Positions 13,311 through 25,973 are shown, numbered from the stretch's first letter. The stretch: 64,000 nucleotides of DNA from Mytilus californianus (GCF_021869535.1 NW_026262581.1:132432001-132496000); one strand, 5' to 3'. The notes: generated from the letters alone by a model not told the origin. Made by a program: numbers and translations.

Positions 13311-14200
13311 ATTAATATTACTGAATTTGGATGACACTATTCTGGCAATTCCATACCATATCCACTGGTTTCCCTTGGCCAAAGGTACTACTTCTAATCA
13401 TTTCGGTAATGCTCTGAAGTGTTTGACCACTGCCAAATGTCTGTGGCAATGTGCACGTGTCTATACCTAAACATCGTGTTGGGAGGGATTAACTAAAAAT
13501 TTCTTTGGGAAGGATTTATGTTGTTTGTATCGAACTAATTCTATGCTTACTTTGAGGTAGATTCTGAATACTATATCTTGATTTACAACATAAAGGTCAG
13601 TTGTTTGTTTTTGTTTACCCAAGTTGTATGTTAAACATCAACTTAATTTAACTGATTTATACTTGTAAAAACAAACAGAATTTGTAAGCAACAGTCCTGT
13701 GGATCTGTGGATTCATTATTATTCGTGGAATACCAATTTTTGTGGAAGTTTAAAAGTTCAATAAAGTACAAATTTTCTATAGGCTTGTTTGCAGACTTTG
13801 ACAAATCCTCACTATATGCATTTACACTTTATCAATGGCTGATGTATATGCTTTGTCACAAACAGAGAGCTTTCAACCTATCACTAACATTTATATGTCT
13901 TTTTTTTCTCTCCATCATGTCTACTAACCATACAGTTTTGAATGTTACATGGCAATCTTAGAGAAAAACATCTATGGGATGTTCCTACACAGAACCTCTT
14001 TAGAAAGGTATAGATAACATTCAGGAGTTACTTGACAGCAAACTGTTTTAAATGCTCCCAAAGGGATCATAAATCCTTCAACAACATGGGAACGCTAAAA
14101 CTTCTTTATGATTTTCAACTTTGGGGGATTTTCTCATAAATATTATGAAGGAGCAATTATAAAGGAGCATACAATTTTTCATTAAAGAAAGAGGTGTTCT

Positions 14201-14242
14201 AAGTTCCTGATGAAGGTAAATCAAGAAAAGCGCTTCAGATAC
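14201..14242 (+). ncRNA. Degenerate minimal type I hammerhead ribozyme motif at the head of a short interspersed repeat (~14200-14395)
   Basis: CTGATGA (14207-13), AGGTAAATCAA, GAAA (14225-28), palindrome AAGCGCTT (14228-35), then C. Stems I and II are mismatched. Confidence 0.4.
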
Positions 14243-14399
14243 ATGAAATTTTATTACCGGTACGTGTTGTCTTCATTCTTTTCAGCACTGGGTCGATACC
14301 TCTGCTGGTGGACTATCAGTCCCTGCAGGTATCATCAGCTCAGTAGTCAGTACTGACATTATAACAAACCTTTCTAAAATTGTCCTTTTATAAATTTTA

Positions 14400-14660
14400 A
14401 AATAATTTAGAAGCTAAGTTTTCCAACTCCCTCAGGCAAAGTTGACCTGACCACATGCACACCTTCAATATACGTACAAACAGCCAGCAAAGTGAAAACT
14501 TCCTAGCATTCAAACTGTAGGAGGAGTTATCTGGAATAACTATATACCCATAATGGGACGGACGGACAGAAGGACAGACATACAGAGGACGTACAGACAG
14601 ATGGACGGACAGGGGTAAAACAATATGCCCCCCAACTTTTAGTTGCGGGGGCATAAAAAA
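14400..14660 (+). mobile_element. 3' portion of a HINE-type element
   Basis: (GACG/GACA)n microsatellite followed by the hairpin ATGCCCCC-AACTTTTAGTTGC-GGGGGCAT-AAAAAA. Confidence 0.6.
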
Positions 14661-15002
14661 CTAAGTCCATTTATCAGTAAAATATGGAAAAAAGGAAAAT
14701 AAATATTTTCAAAATTTTGGTCTGGATACTGTATTTTGGTCATTGACAAGCTTCTGTCCAAATTTCATAACATTCCATGAAGGTTTGACAAAGTTATTTA
14801 TGACTGAAAAACTTTAACCTAAGACTGAATATGAATGTTAACTGTAAAAAAAAACTCAGTCCATTTATCAGTAAAATATGGAAAAACGGAAATAAATATT
14901 TTCAAAATTTTTCTCTAGATACAGTATGTTGGTCATCAAGAAGCTTTTGTCCAAATTTCATAAAATTCCATGAAGGTTTGACAAAGTTATTGATGTGTTT
15001 TT

Positions 15003-16143
15003 AAAACAAGAGTGCACACGCTGAAATGTCTCGCCTTCTTTACTAATCATTGATATTATGTTGATAGTTCTAAATATAAAGCTTTACTACAACTATCACA
15101 TAAACTTAACATGATCCAAGGAAAATGAGGTCAAGGTCATATAAACCAAACAAGAAATACATGTACACCTTACAATCATTCAATACACTAAATATAGTTG
15201 ACCTATTGCTTATAGTTTCTAAGATAGACTTAACCAAGAAAACTAAACATTGACTAATGAACCATGAAAATGAGGTCAAGGTCAGATGAACCATGCCAGG
15301 CAGACATGTACAGCTTGCAATCCTTCCATACAACAAATATAGTTGACCTATTGCTTATAGTAATAGAAAAACAGACCAAAACACAAAAACTTAACACTGA
15401 GCTATGAACCGTGAAAATGAGGTCAAGGTAAAAAAAAAACGGCCAGACTGACATGTACATCATAAAATATTTCCATACACCAAATATAGTTGACCTATTG
15501 CATATAAATGTAGTATTAGAATAAAAGACCAAAACTCAAAAATTTAACATTGACCACTGAACCATGAAAATGAGGTCAAAGTCAGAAGACACCTGCCAGC
15601 TAGACATGTACACCTTACAATCATTCCATACACCAAATATAGTAGACCTATTGCATACAGTATAAGAAAAACAGATCAAAACACAAAAACTTAACTATAA
15701 CCACTGAACCATGAAAATGAGGTCAAGGTCAGATGACACCTGCCAGTTGGACATGTACACCTTACAGTCCTTCCATACACCGAATATGCTAGACCTATTG
15801 CTTCTAGTATCTGAGATATGGACTTGACCACCAAAACTTAACCTTGTTCACTGATCCATGAATTGAGGTCGAGGTCAAGTGAAAACTGTCTGACGGGCAT
15901 GAGGACCTTGCAAGGTACGCACATACCAACTATAGTTATCCTATTACTCTTTATAAGAGAGAAATTAACATTACAAAAAATCTTTAACTTTTTTTTTCAA
16001 GTAGTCACTGAACCATGAAAATGAGGTCATGGACAATGGACATGTGACAGACGGACACTTCGTAACATAAGGCATCTATATACAGAGTATGAAGCATCCA
16101 GGTCTTCCACATTCTAAAATACAAAGCCTTTAAGAAGTTAGCT
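15003..16143 (+). mobile_element. HINE family A with tandem array
   Basis: Starts AACAAGAGTGCACACGCTGAAATGTCTC (same as 35639). Tandem GAACCATGAAAATGAGGTCAAGGTC units; ends ...AAGAAGTTAGCTAA. Confidence 0.75.
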
Positions 16144-16581
16144 AAAGTGTACAAAATGAGGTATCATCCAAAACATTTTATAACCCCATTCAGAAAAAGT
16201 GTAAGCAAGGGTTCTCTAGTGTTCTAGCTAGAATCTGAGGGTAGAGGAGTGTAGTCCAATGAAAGGGCCCATTATTACGTTATTTAGGTACCTACCAAAA
16301 AGAGACACAATTCTTGCTATGATTAGTTATATCTGGCTTCAATGTTATAAGTGTGACCCTCTGGAAGGCTTTTTTATTTACCTAGTTAGACACTCCCATG
16401 AAGCAATTTAGTAATTGTAGATTATTTACCTATAACAGCTCAAATAAAACTAATCTAAGTCAATGGAGTTATCAGAAAAAATGTGATAAATGTTTCATTA
16501 CAAAATGGTTAGTAACCATAGCTAATATAAACCTCTGTTATATCTGCATATCAATTTGCATTACGTAGTGGAAATATTTAC

Positions 16582-16749
16582 CTAACTTCTCTTGGATATT
16601 TTCTTGCCATATCTGCCACTTTAATTTTAAAAGGCATAGAACATGTTCCTAGTACATTTACAACTTTAAAATTACTAAACTTGACATCAAAACCAATCCT
16701 TTGTAATTGTCTGGCAAATTTTCTGGCAGCAATTTTTGCATATGGTTCA
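16582..16749 (-). CDS. TBPL1: TBP-like protein 1, coding exon 3
   Basis: TTACAG acceptor, GTAAAT donor. Reads (S)EPYAKIAARKFARQLQRIGFDVKFSNFKVVNVLGTCSMPFKIKVADMARKYPREV(S). 168 bp with phase preserved. Confidence 0.95.
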
Positions 16750-17231
16750 CTGTAATTAAAACAGGATATATATTAATATCTACTACACAAATTTCCATTT
16801 TTTTAAATGTTCACAAATATTAGTTTAATATTTAGTAGTGCAATTACCTTCCGATGCTGGCAATGGATCATTTATATTATATATCAATAATATTGGCTTA
16901 TTAGAGTATTATTTGTTCTAATGTTTATCTTTATGTATACCAATCAGATCTCTCTATTTCAAGGGCTACTTAAGCCAGTTAAGGAATAAGGAATTATATT
17001 TTTTATTGCTGATCATATTATAGTTGAAACAAGATATGAATAGAAGAAACTTGAAATGATACACATTTTTGCTTAAAAGCAAACTTTCTCCAATAAAATC
17101 AATGAAAATGCATCTGCATCCATGCAAAACATTATAATAGGTTATCAATGGAAAAAGAAAGCACTGTTATCATGCTAAGTTTACCCCACTTGTAATTCAA
17201 TGTAGGAAGGTGTCTGAACTACAGCATGTAC

Positions 17232-19171
17232 CATACCTGCCAACCCTTCCTTTTGAGTGGAAGACTCCCGCTCAAACGGCGAAATTCAGGAAATCTCCTG
17301 CTTGCCAGTCCGCTCCCGCGCGGGAGTATAGAATCTCTAGCTTTCGGATATTTTAATCAGGAATGAAACGCGTTCCTAATTCTCTGGCTTTTTCATTACT
17401 GTCAATAGCAATAAATAAACAATCGGCATTCATTTGAAAACTTTGGTCAGTAGTTTTTATGTTCGATTTATAAGTAATCGAAATTCATTTCTGCTATGTC
17501 AACTCCAACAAGATAGAGGTCTTTGTCTGGACCAATCGGCAGTGTAAAAAAGAAGAAATAGATAACTGCAAATCAAAATGTCAAGCAGACTGAATGAAAG
17601 ATTTCTTATTTTTACGACCCAGTTCACCGACACTTGGCAATGAATCTTCATTTTGCACATCATGTTCAATCAACTTTTCGGTTTCTTCTGGTGTGACGTT
17701 TGAAAGCGAGCTTAGTGTGGGTCTCACAACAAAATCAAAATATGGAATGTTATGAGTTATGAGACTCAGAGGTATTGAAAAAGCAAAAAAAAATAAATGT
17801 GGATAGTGTCCACATGTGGACACAGATGATGCCCCCGCTTGCATATCATATAGTTATGAAGGGACATAACTGAAGAACAGTAAAAGTGACGCTACCCAAA
17901 TTTGAACTTGATCTGAGTTTTGGGGTAATAAGCATTGTGTGCAAGTCTCATAACATTTGGTTGAGGCTAACTTAAGTAGAGAACAGAAATTAAAAATTCA
18001 GCAATTTTTCTATTTGTAAACACGCATAACTCTAGAACGGTTGTGTATAAGTTTCATAACATTTGGTTGAGGCAAACTAAAGAAAACGGAAAACAAAAAA
18101 TTTGTACTTGATCTTAGTTTTGTGGTAATGAATATTGTGTATAGGTTTCATAATGTTTGGTTGGGGCAAACTTGATTTACAGAATGGAAACTAAAAATTT
18201 TGCAATCTTTTGATTTATAAAGGGTCATAACTCAATAATGTTTAAAGTGACACTACCCAAATTCAACTTGATCTGTGTTTTATCAGTGGAAGTCAAAATT
18301 TAACATTGCATTGTATAAAGCATTGATTGTAGTTGATTCAACTATAATCATGGACAAAGGAAGATAACTCCAAATTTATAAATTACTTGATATTTAGAAG
18401 AAAATAAAAATTTTGCAATTTTTCCATTTATAAAGGGCCATAACTCTAGAACGGTTAAAGTGACGCCACCAAAATTCAAACTTGATCTGTGTTTTGTGGT
18501 AATAAGCATTGTGTATACGTTTCATAACATTTGGTTGAAGCAAACGTAAGTTAGAGAACAGAAACTAAAAATTTTGCAATTTTTCCATTTATAAAGGGGC
18601 ATAACTCTTAGTACGATTAAAGTGACGCCACCAAAATTCAAACTTGATCTGTGTTTTATGGTAATAAGCATTGTGTATAAGTTTCATAACATTTGGTTGA
18701 GGCAATCTTAAGTAAGAGAACGGAAACTAAAAATTTTGCAATTTTTCCATTTATAAAGGGGCATAACTCTAGAACGGTTAAAGTGACACCACCAAAATTC
18801 AAACTTGATCTGTGTTTTGTGGTAATAAGCATTGTGTATAAGTTTCATAACATTTGGTTGAGGCAAACTCTCAAGTTAGAGAACGGAAACCAATTTTGGG
18901 ACGTACGTACAGATGGACAAGGGTAAAACTTAATGCCCCCACCGCTACGGCAGGGGCATAAAAAAAAAAAAAAACACACCTCGTATAGATTATAACCATG
19001 AATTGAAGAAATAAAGTATATCTTTTAACTCTGATTGGTGTTTTGTAGATGAATAAATAAACAAGTCATATATTTAACTTGAAAATGTCGTTCGTGCAAA
19101 ATGCCCCCCTATACTGTCATAGCTGAAGGGGAGATCTCCCTCTTTGAAGGTTTCAGAGGTTGGCAGGTATG
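17232..19171. mobile_element. Non-autonomous hAT-type DNA transposon
   Basis: 14-bp TIR CATACCTGCCAACC / GGTTGGCAGGTATG. Perfect 8-bp TSD GCATGTAC at 17224-17231 and 19172-19179. Confidence 0.85.
17791..18962 (+). mobile_element. HINE family B nested inside the hAT element
   Basis: Same termini as 3314-3905, a longer ~150-bp array, and the 3' hairpin ATGCCCCCACCG-CTA-CGGCAGGGGCAT followed by poly(A). Confidence 0.8.
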
Positions 19172-19415
19172 GCATGTACAGACTTAAAACATAATGCCCC
19201 TCCCCTCGTCTTTGGTAAGTTACCAAGTCCAAGTTTATAAACAAATGCCTATACATTGTACTGTACATGTGCACAATAATCCATGAGATGTCCATTAACA
19301 TGTGTTACCTGTCTGTCTTTGTCTCTAATTGGTTCAACTGTTACCACATACATGTGAACCTAATCACTCCCCCTTACCATAACAGTATATACTTGTCTCT
19401 CAAATCTTACATTAC

Positions 19416-19498
19416 CTTGTAGCACCTGTACAAGTTATCTTTCCTGAAGACCAAATACTGGCAGTTGTGTATGGCCTCCTTATCCTCATATTGCACAT
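19416..19498 (-). CDS. TBPL1: TBP-like protein 1, coding exon 2
   Basis: TTTCAG acceptor, GTAATG donor. Reads MCNMRIRRPYTTASIWSSGKITCTGAT(S). IWSSGK, versus IFSSGK in TBP, is TRF2-like. Confidence 0.95.
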
Positions 19499-21238
19499 CT
19501 GAAATATTCCATTAACATTTTATATAATTCATCAAATCAGGATGTCTGATCTGAAATATTCCATTAACATTTTATATAGTTCATCAAATCAGGATGTCTG
19601 AAAATCTATATCAATTTACTTATTATAAATAAATAAATAAATAAATTATAGTACTGTCAGCTCTATAAGCCAGTTAATCAACAAAGCAAAAATGAAACTT
19701 GACATCCAGTCAACACAAAAAAAATTAAAGCTGTTGCTTAAATGCAGGTAACCAGAAAGGTCACAGAAGGATAAAACTGTTTGCAACACCATTTAATGTA
19801 CAATGTAAGATGTAGCACTGACATGCAAAACTGGAATCACAGGTAACATACTGATATAAAGTTTGCCTCTTCCTAAAATAAGCCTGATAAATCTTATAAT
19901 ATAATTGAAGAGGTGATCTAGTGATCTGAGATACCCCTACCAGCAGCATCTGAAAGATCATGATTTTATTTCTGTAGCAACATACTGTGAAATTTTATAA
20001 AATGTTGTAATATTTTTGCCATAGGTCAAAAGCATATTAAATGTTATAAGAAATTACGAACTTGATATAATCATACAATTGTTTTCTTATGTTAAATCCT
20101 TTACAAAACATTTACACAAGATATGATGGGAAGTCAAAATTTTGAATTTTTCCAATGTACAATAAGCACCATAACCATGATAGCATTCCATTAAAATTCA
20201 ATTAATTTCGAAAAGTGGTGCTCTATTCATCATCTGAAAATCAGGTACATGAACATGAGGATTCTTAAATACCCCTACTCTGTCGAGAGGTGGCATAATA
20301 ATTAAACAAAAATATTTTTTCCACAGTGCCCAAGTCTCACTGTCACTTATCCATGTTCAGTGAACAGCAAAATCTGGGTCAAAACCTAACCAGAATAATT
20401 CAGTTGTTATATTCCGCTGATCTATGATTACTCCATTAATGCCTGAATGCATTGACAAAGAAAAATCTTCAATCAATCATTCGGAATTAGCTCGGGTTTT
20501 ACCTATCTCGATAAAATTGAACTGATTGCTGATTGGTCACCTCTTCTACAGGCAACAATCAAAATCCAGGATTCGTGAAGAGTTTTTATCGTGTAAGGAA
20601 TTCAGACCCTCGCAAGTAGGAGAAATCGATTTTGGGGAGGGACTGAATTATTCGGGTTAGTCAAAACCAAGACAAAATATGAAATAGAGTCATTGTACCC
20701 ATTGAAAATGATTATGGTCAAAGGGTCTAAAATGACCTTTGGATGAATTTTGATGTCTGGTGGATATCTTTTGTCACATGCATAATAACTCCACATCCTT
20801 TCTTTTTCCAAGAATAATTTCTTTACTCTAACATTTTATTTCGAATAATTACTATAACTACATATATATTTATACCGTATTTTAATTCCATATACCATGA
20901 TAAAAAAGATGTGTTGAACTCCCATTACAAATTTGTCAGACAAAGTGATACCTGTCTGTTTGAAGTTCTTCAGTTTTGTTTTACTCTAAATTTTTTTGTC
21001 TGTAAGGACTTCGGTGATAATGCCAGGTCTTTGATAATCCATCCCCTTTGCCCCAACATGCCCAATGTGATATGATTTTTACAATGTGTTTATAATAGAA
21101 GAATGAATTGTCCTGCGGGGAAAAGCATCATAGGACATTCTGATGTGATGATATTTGCTTTGTGACTTCAAATTTTCCCAGGAAAATGCATTAATTGAAA
21201 GATGTGTAGAACTTTGTATCATGCAAGTAAATACATAC

Positions 21239-21481
21239 ACCCTGTTCTCTTTTGTACTCAACATTAGCACCTTCCATTGCCACAGTTCTCAAGTTCAAAT
21301 GACATCGTGTACTAAAAGTACACACTACATTGTTTATAATGATATCAATACATGGAGTGTCATCCTCAGTTTCTTCAACTTCGGTCTCCAAGCCATTTTG
21401 ATTGTTATTTGTGCTATTCTCTACCTTCAGTGAACTAGAATCCAATAAAGGGGTCACCCCTTCTAGTTGGACGTCTGTCAT
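21239..21481 (-). CDS. TBPL1: TBP-like protein 1, first coding exon; CDS join(21239..21481, 19416..19498, 16582..16749, 12746..12840, 10241..10470), 819 nt, 272 aa
   Basis: MTDVQLEG...IDIIINNVVCTFSTRCHLNLRTVAMEGANVEYKREQG followed by a GTATGT donor. Matches the TRF2 core start. All five exons join in frame. The exact start ATG is less certain. Confidence 0.92.
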
Positions 21482-22778
21482 TTTTAACAGATCATTAAAA
21501 CAAATATAACTGCACAATCATCACAAAGTTATTAATAATCTATTGTCCATTTGTGTTTTGTTGACAAAAGTTGTTGTAGAAGGTTATGGGATTTCGTTTT
21601 TCCGTAACTTTTTCATGTCAAACAGACATTACATGTGTTTTGGGCAGGACATGACTCCAGTTTTAAGACTGAATCCTTATAATTGCATTAACAGGCAATT
21701 CTTATATTTTTTTCTATCAGACGAATTTTCAGCATTTGCAACAGCAGCCATGCTTTCCGGTTTATTAAATACCCAATCAAATTCCGTTGCTACTGAAAGG
21801 GAGACAATCATAGAAAAGAAGAAATTTCGCGGGAATTTTTAAGGTTTTTTTAGACGGCGAGGTTTATTCATATACTGCATTGAGTGATATATATACGATA
21901 TTTCTCCTCTTGACACAGTTACATTTTTCAATAAACGATAATCAATATAGTATTGAGAATTGTATTTACCAAATAATTTTCACTGAGATGCTTTCAAGCG
22001 AAAGATACGATAAAGACGGGTCTGACAGTACTGAGTAAATAGTTTAGATTTGTGGCCTCCTGTAAATCTATCTTGAAAAGTTATATTACAGACTTTTCTT
22101 AGATTTTGTTATTTGATCTGAAATAAGTTTTCCTATTACTTTTCTTGATTAGCTATCGAGGCTATTCATCCCTGACTTGTCTACATGTTGTAGAATAATT
22201 ATCGACGAGAATCTCATTCCGGGCCGCGTTTTTTAACGGGATTTCACGGAGTTGCCAATCTCTGTGTATATATGTCTCTGATCAAAATCAAAAGCTCAAA
22301 CACATCAAACGAATGGAAAACAATTGTCATTTTCATGACTTGGTACAGATATTTCCTTATGTAGAAAATGGTGGATTAAACCTGGTTTTATATAGCTAGC
22401 TAAACCTCTCACTTGTATGACATTCATATAGAATTCCATTATATGATCTTATATTGATAACAATGTTTGAAAAACAAACAGACATAATAGGTAAAAACTG
22501 GGAACAGTATATATAACAATATATGTTCCTGGTAAAAACAAAATGGCATATAGACACTCTATAAACAAATTATTTTCGTAAAAATGAAAGACAAGAATAC
22601 AAAAATTACCATAGCACAATAACAAAATGACGGCCGGATGTATAAATACCTAGCCACGCCAAAAGTATATAACCAAAAATGGACTAAACAGTAAAGGTTA
22701 AAAATATGCAACGACAAATAAAAAGAACACTATAACACGTAATTAAGATGACAACTTCAACGTCAGTACCTACAGAAT

Positions 22779-23600
22779 CTATACTTCAAGACCATCATGT
22801 GTTATTTGTGAAGTTGATACGGAATATTTATCAGTCAACAAGGTCTTGGTATCTTCCGATGAACTTTTTAAGAAAAAGGACGAGACGTTCTTTGACATAA
22901 CTGGTTCATCAACTTTCTGCTCTGACACTGGTGACGTTTTATAAAGGCTGAGTAGCATATGCAAGCTCTTGAATACCGAATAAGTTGGGAAATATATATC
23001 CCATATGCAGGTGAAGTTGGTATATTTCTGCTAAGTTGGGGGGAATTTATAATTTCAAAATTAAAATCGTCTCGTTTGTCATGGATTCTGGTACTGAGAT
23101 GACCTCTTCTGTCAAATTCAAGGTATAAGTCTAAAAATGAGGGCAGGCGGAAGAAGCCGTGTCTGTTGTTTCTTAAAATTCTAGTTCTGGAGGATATATT
23201 AATGGAACCAAATCAGAAAAGTTTGGATTGTTAATGGAAAGAACATCATCAATATATCTGAATGTGAAATTAAATGATCTGGCTTCTTTGATCTTCTTGT
23301 TTTTGATAAGTGTCTGAAGGAACTCCGACTCATATGAAAATAAGAAGAAGTCGGCAAGGAGAGGCGCACAGTTCGTTTCCCTAGGAATGCCGGCAATTTA
23401 TTGAAAAAGTCTACCTCCAAATTCATTACATTTGTTGTCAATAAGAAACTCCAGCATACTGATCACTTGTTCCTCTGTGTAGCATGTTTTACTTATTTGT
23501 TCACTATTAACAAAATATGCCATATGGTACTTCAAAGCAATAAATTTATAACGTATGCTACCATTTTTATATTGAAAAGCATTGTGGATTATATCTTTTA
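22779..23600 (-). pseudogene. Decayed Penelope-like element (PLE) reverse transcriptase fragment, 5'-truncated
   Basis: Hand translation gives CYTEEQVISMLEFLIDN...FGGRLFQ*IAGIPRETNCAPLLADFFLFSYESEF...FRYIDDVLSINNP (YIDD at 23245-23256), then FLDL...DKRDDFNF...AYG...LIRYSRAC...DKYSVSTSQITHDGLEV*. It has in-frame stops and frameshifts. Confidence 0.88.
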
Positions 23601-24342
23601 ATTTATATGCTTCACTCTGCGTGAAAAAAGGAGAGTTGTCTCATTGGCAGTCATACCACATCTTCTTTTTTATATCCCACCAAATGGTCCTGACTATTTT
23701 CTCTAGAATATCAGTACTTCATTGGTGCATGATAATGTATCCCCTCAGAAACGTTTAGTTTCAAAATCATTATATGATAATAGTCCCAGCATATTATATA
23801 CATTCCTTTGAATCAGAATGTAAAAAGTAATATTGTTAAGATCTTTAATATATTTCTTGAACACCAAAAGTTTTAAAACTGATATACGGTGTGGCTTGCT
23901 GTTTATCCAATTTTGTGTATAACCTTTTATAAAAGCAGTAACATATCGAATGATGGCAATCGCTTACGTCAGTTTTATTATTCGGTATTTTATTTTTAAG
24001 AGTTATATCTTCGAGTGACGGTGAAAGGGCATTTTTTTTTTTACTCAGTATTTGCCAGATCAAAAATAGCACATGTATTTCCCGCCAATACTTTCGATAA
24101 CATCATAGTTCAGATACCCAATAGTCATACAATTTTCTATAAACTTTAGAACCTTTATCTAATTGGACATTACTTCAGTAAAAAAATGCATGTATATCAT
24201 TTGCCATTGATGGTGGTCTATAAAAGGCATAAATTAACCGTATGGTTTTTAATAAGAGCAATATTATTCAATATTTTACTGTTTATTGAATGTAAGACTC
24301 TCGAAAAAGAACTCATCAAATACATCAGGCTTAAAATTATGT

Positions 24343-24387
24343 AAGCCAGACGCGCTTTTCGTCTACAAAAGACTCATTAGTGACGCT
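24343..24387 (-). ncRNA. Minimal type I hammerhead ribozyme relic (PLE-associated type), probably inactive
   Basis: Minus strand reads AGCGUCA-CUAAUGA-GUCU-UUUGU-AGAC-GAAA-AGCGCG-UC-UGGC. Stem II is a perfect 4 bp, stem I is 4 bp (GUCA/UGGC), stem III is near-palindromic, and the cleavage triplet is GUC. There is a G5A core change and a C15.2A change. Confidence 0.7.
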
Positions 24388-25973
24388 AAAATGAAAAAAA
24401 GTTAAAAGGACAAATAAAGTACAAAGCAGAAAAGCATTATGGGCCAAACATTCCGATAGTTTTGCCAAATACAGCTAAGATAATATGGGCTAGAAAAATC
24501 TTGAGTATTTTAAACAATTTAAAGTTTTATAAACAGTTTATCTATAAACATGATAATATCAATGATAATTCATGTCATGTCAACACATGAAACATTGGTG
24601 GAATGTACGGCTATTGGTATTTTCCTGATCGGGACGGAACATAATACGAGAACCCGGATAAAATGGGATTTAAAATATAATTCCAAAAATGCGAAAAAGA
24701 TGAATGAATTTGTGTCAACAAATTTTGTATTACAGATGAATATTAAGTATAAAACAAATCATTAAACCTCTAATATATACACAAATCCAAACAGACCATA
24801 ATAGATACAAATCCATACGTGTACACTCCAGACAAAGCTCATTTTCTGCGAGAATGTACAACAGGACACATTTCAGATGGACTATTTTAACTCATTTTTT
24901 ATAACAAAATCATTAAACAAATGTTATTCAGTCCGCAAAATACATATTGCTTTGAGGAATTGGTACTTCACGGAATCGTACGGAAAAAGGACATTTTTGA
25001 CTAAAGTTTTATGCAATGACACGAGTAATGAGGTATTCTATAAATTTTCTGTGGCATTTACTTGTTTCTAAAACACGGATCTTTTATAATGATTAATTTT
25101 GTTTCATGCTTCCACATGCATAAGTACACAATCGTTGGTTCGTCTAAAACTAAATACATCTCACGTATATATATACTTCAGATGGAGTTGCATCTAATTA
25201 CAACAATTTGAAAATGATTAATTCCGTTCCGTTCCGCAAAATACAAATTGCTCTGAGGAATTCATTCAGAAGAACCTTCTAATAAGCCATCGTTTAAAGA
25301 AAACAGATATACTGAATTTATATATGCAGAGACAGTTTGCATATATGTCTCTGATATATGTAGGCCTCAAATCTATGTCCGGCCTCAAATCTATGTCCTT
25401 TCCTCAGATCTGTGTCCTTTTTTATTTTGCGTCATAGACGTCCCAAATCTATGTCCCGTTTCTTTCCTCACATCTGTGTCCTTTAAAAAAAACTAATACG
25501 TAAGAATTAACAACAGTTCAAGTATATTTGATGCTATTGCGGAAAATGAATGATGGCGGAGCAGGAACTTGACTATCGTAGACGAGAGATACATTATATC
25601 ACGCACCAATAAAAAGGGAAGTGTAATAAAGTCCTGTTTTTGGAAAAACCCACATTAATAAAGAAATCGTCTGCAAAGGAAGAAGGTGGTAACATGCTTG
25701 TTGGTAAACATATATTTTTAATTTCCTGGCAGTCTGCTTACAGGTTTCTGACATTTAATAAATATTATAGCACAAGGTTTAGGGACACATTTGGACAGAT
25801 AATTGAATTGTGGTTAAGGCTGTTAGAGGACATATATTTGAGGCCAAACTTTTTACACGGACATAGATTTGCGAATGACATAACGACGATATACACCGGC
25901 TTGAGAATGGAAGACAGATTTGAGGCCGTACTTTTTTAAACGGACATAGATTTGCGAATAACGTAACGATTGG

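Noticed and set aside
13021-13470. Overlapping 149-aa and 104-aa ORFs on both strands
   Set aside because: They arise from a stop-free 27-bp minisatellite inside a TBPL1 intron.
22500-23600. Selenoprotein-type (UGA/SECIS) PLE, as reported for some Naiads
   Set aside because: The two in-frame stops around the catalytic core are TAA, not TGA, the Cys codons I read are TGC/TGT, and I could not identify a SECIS by eye in the 3' region.
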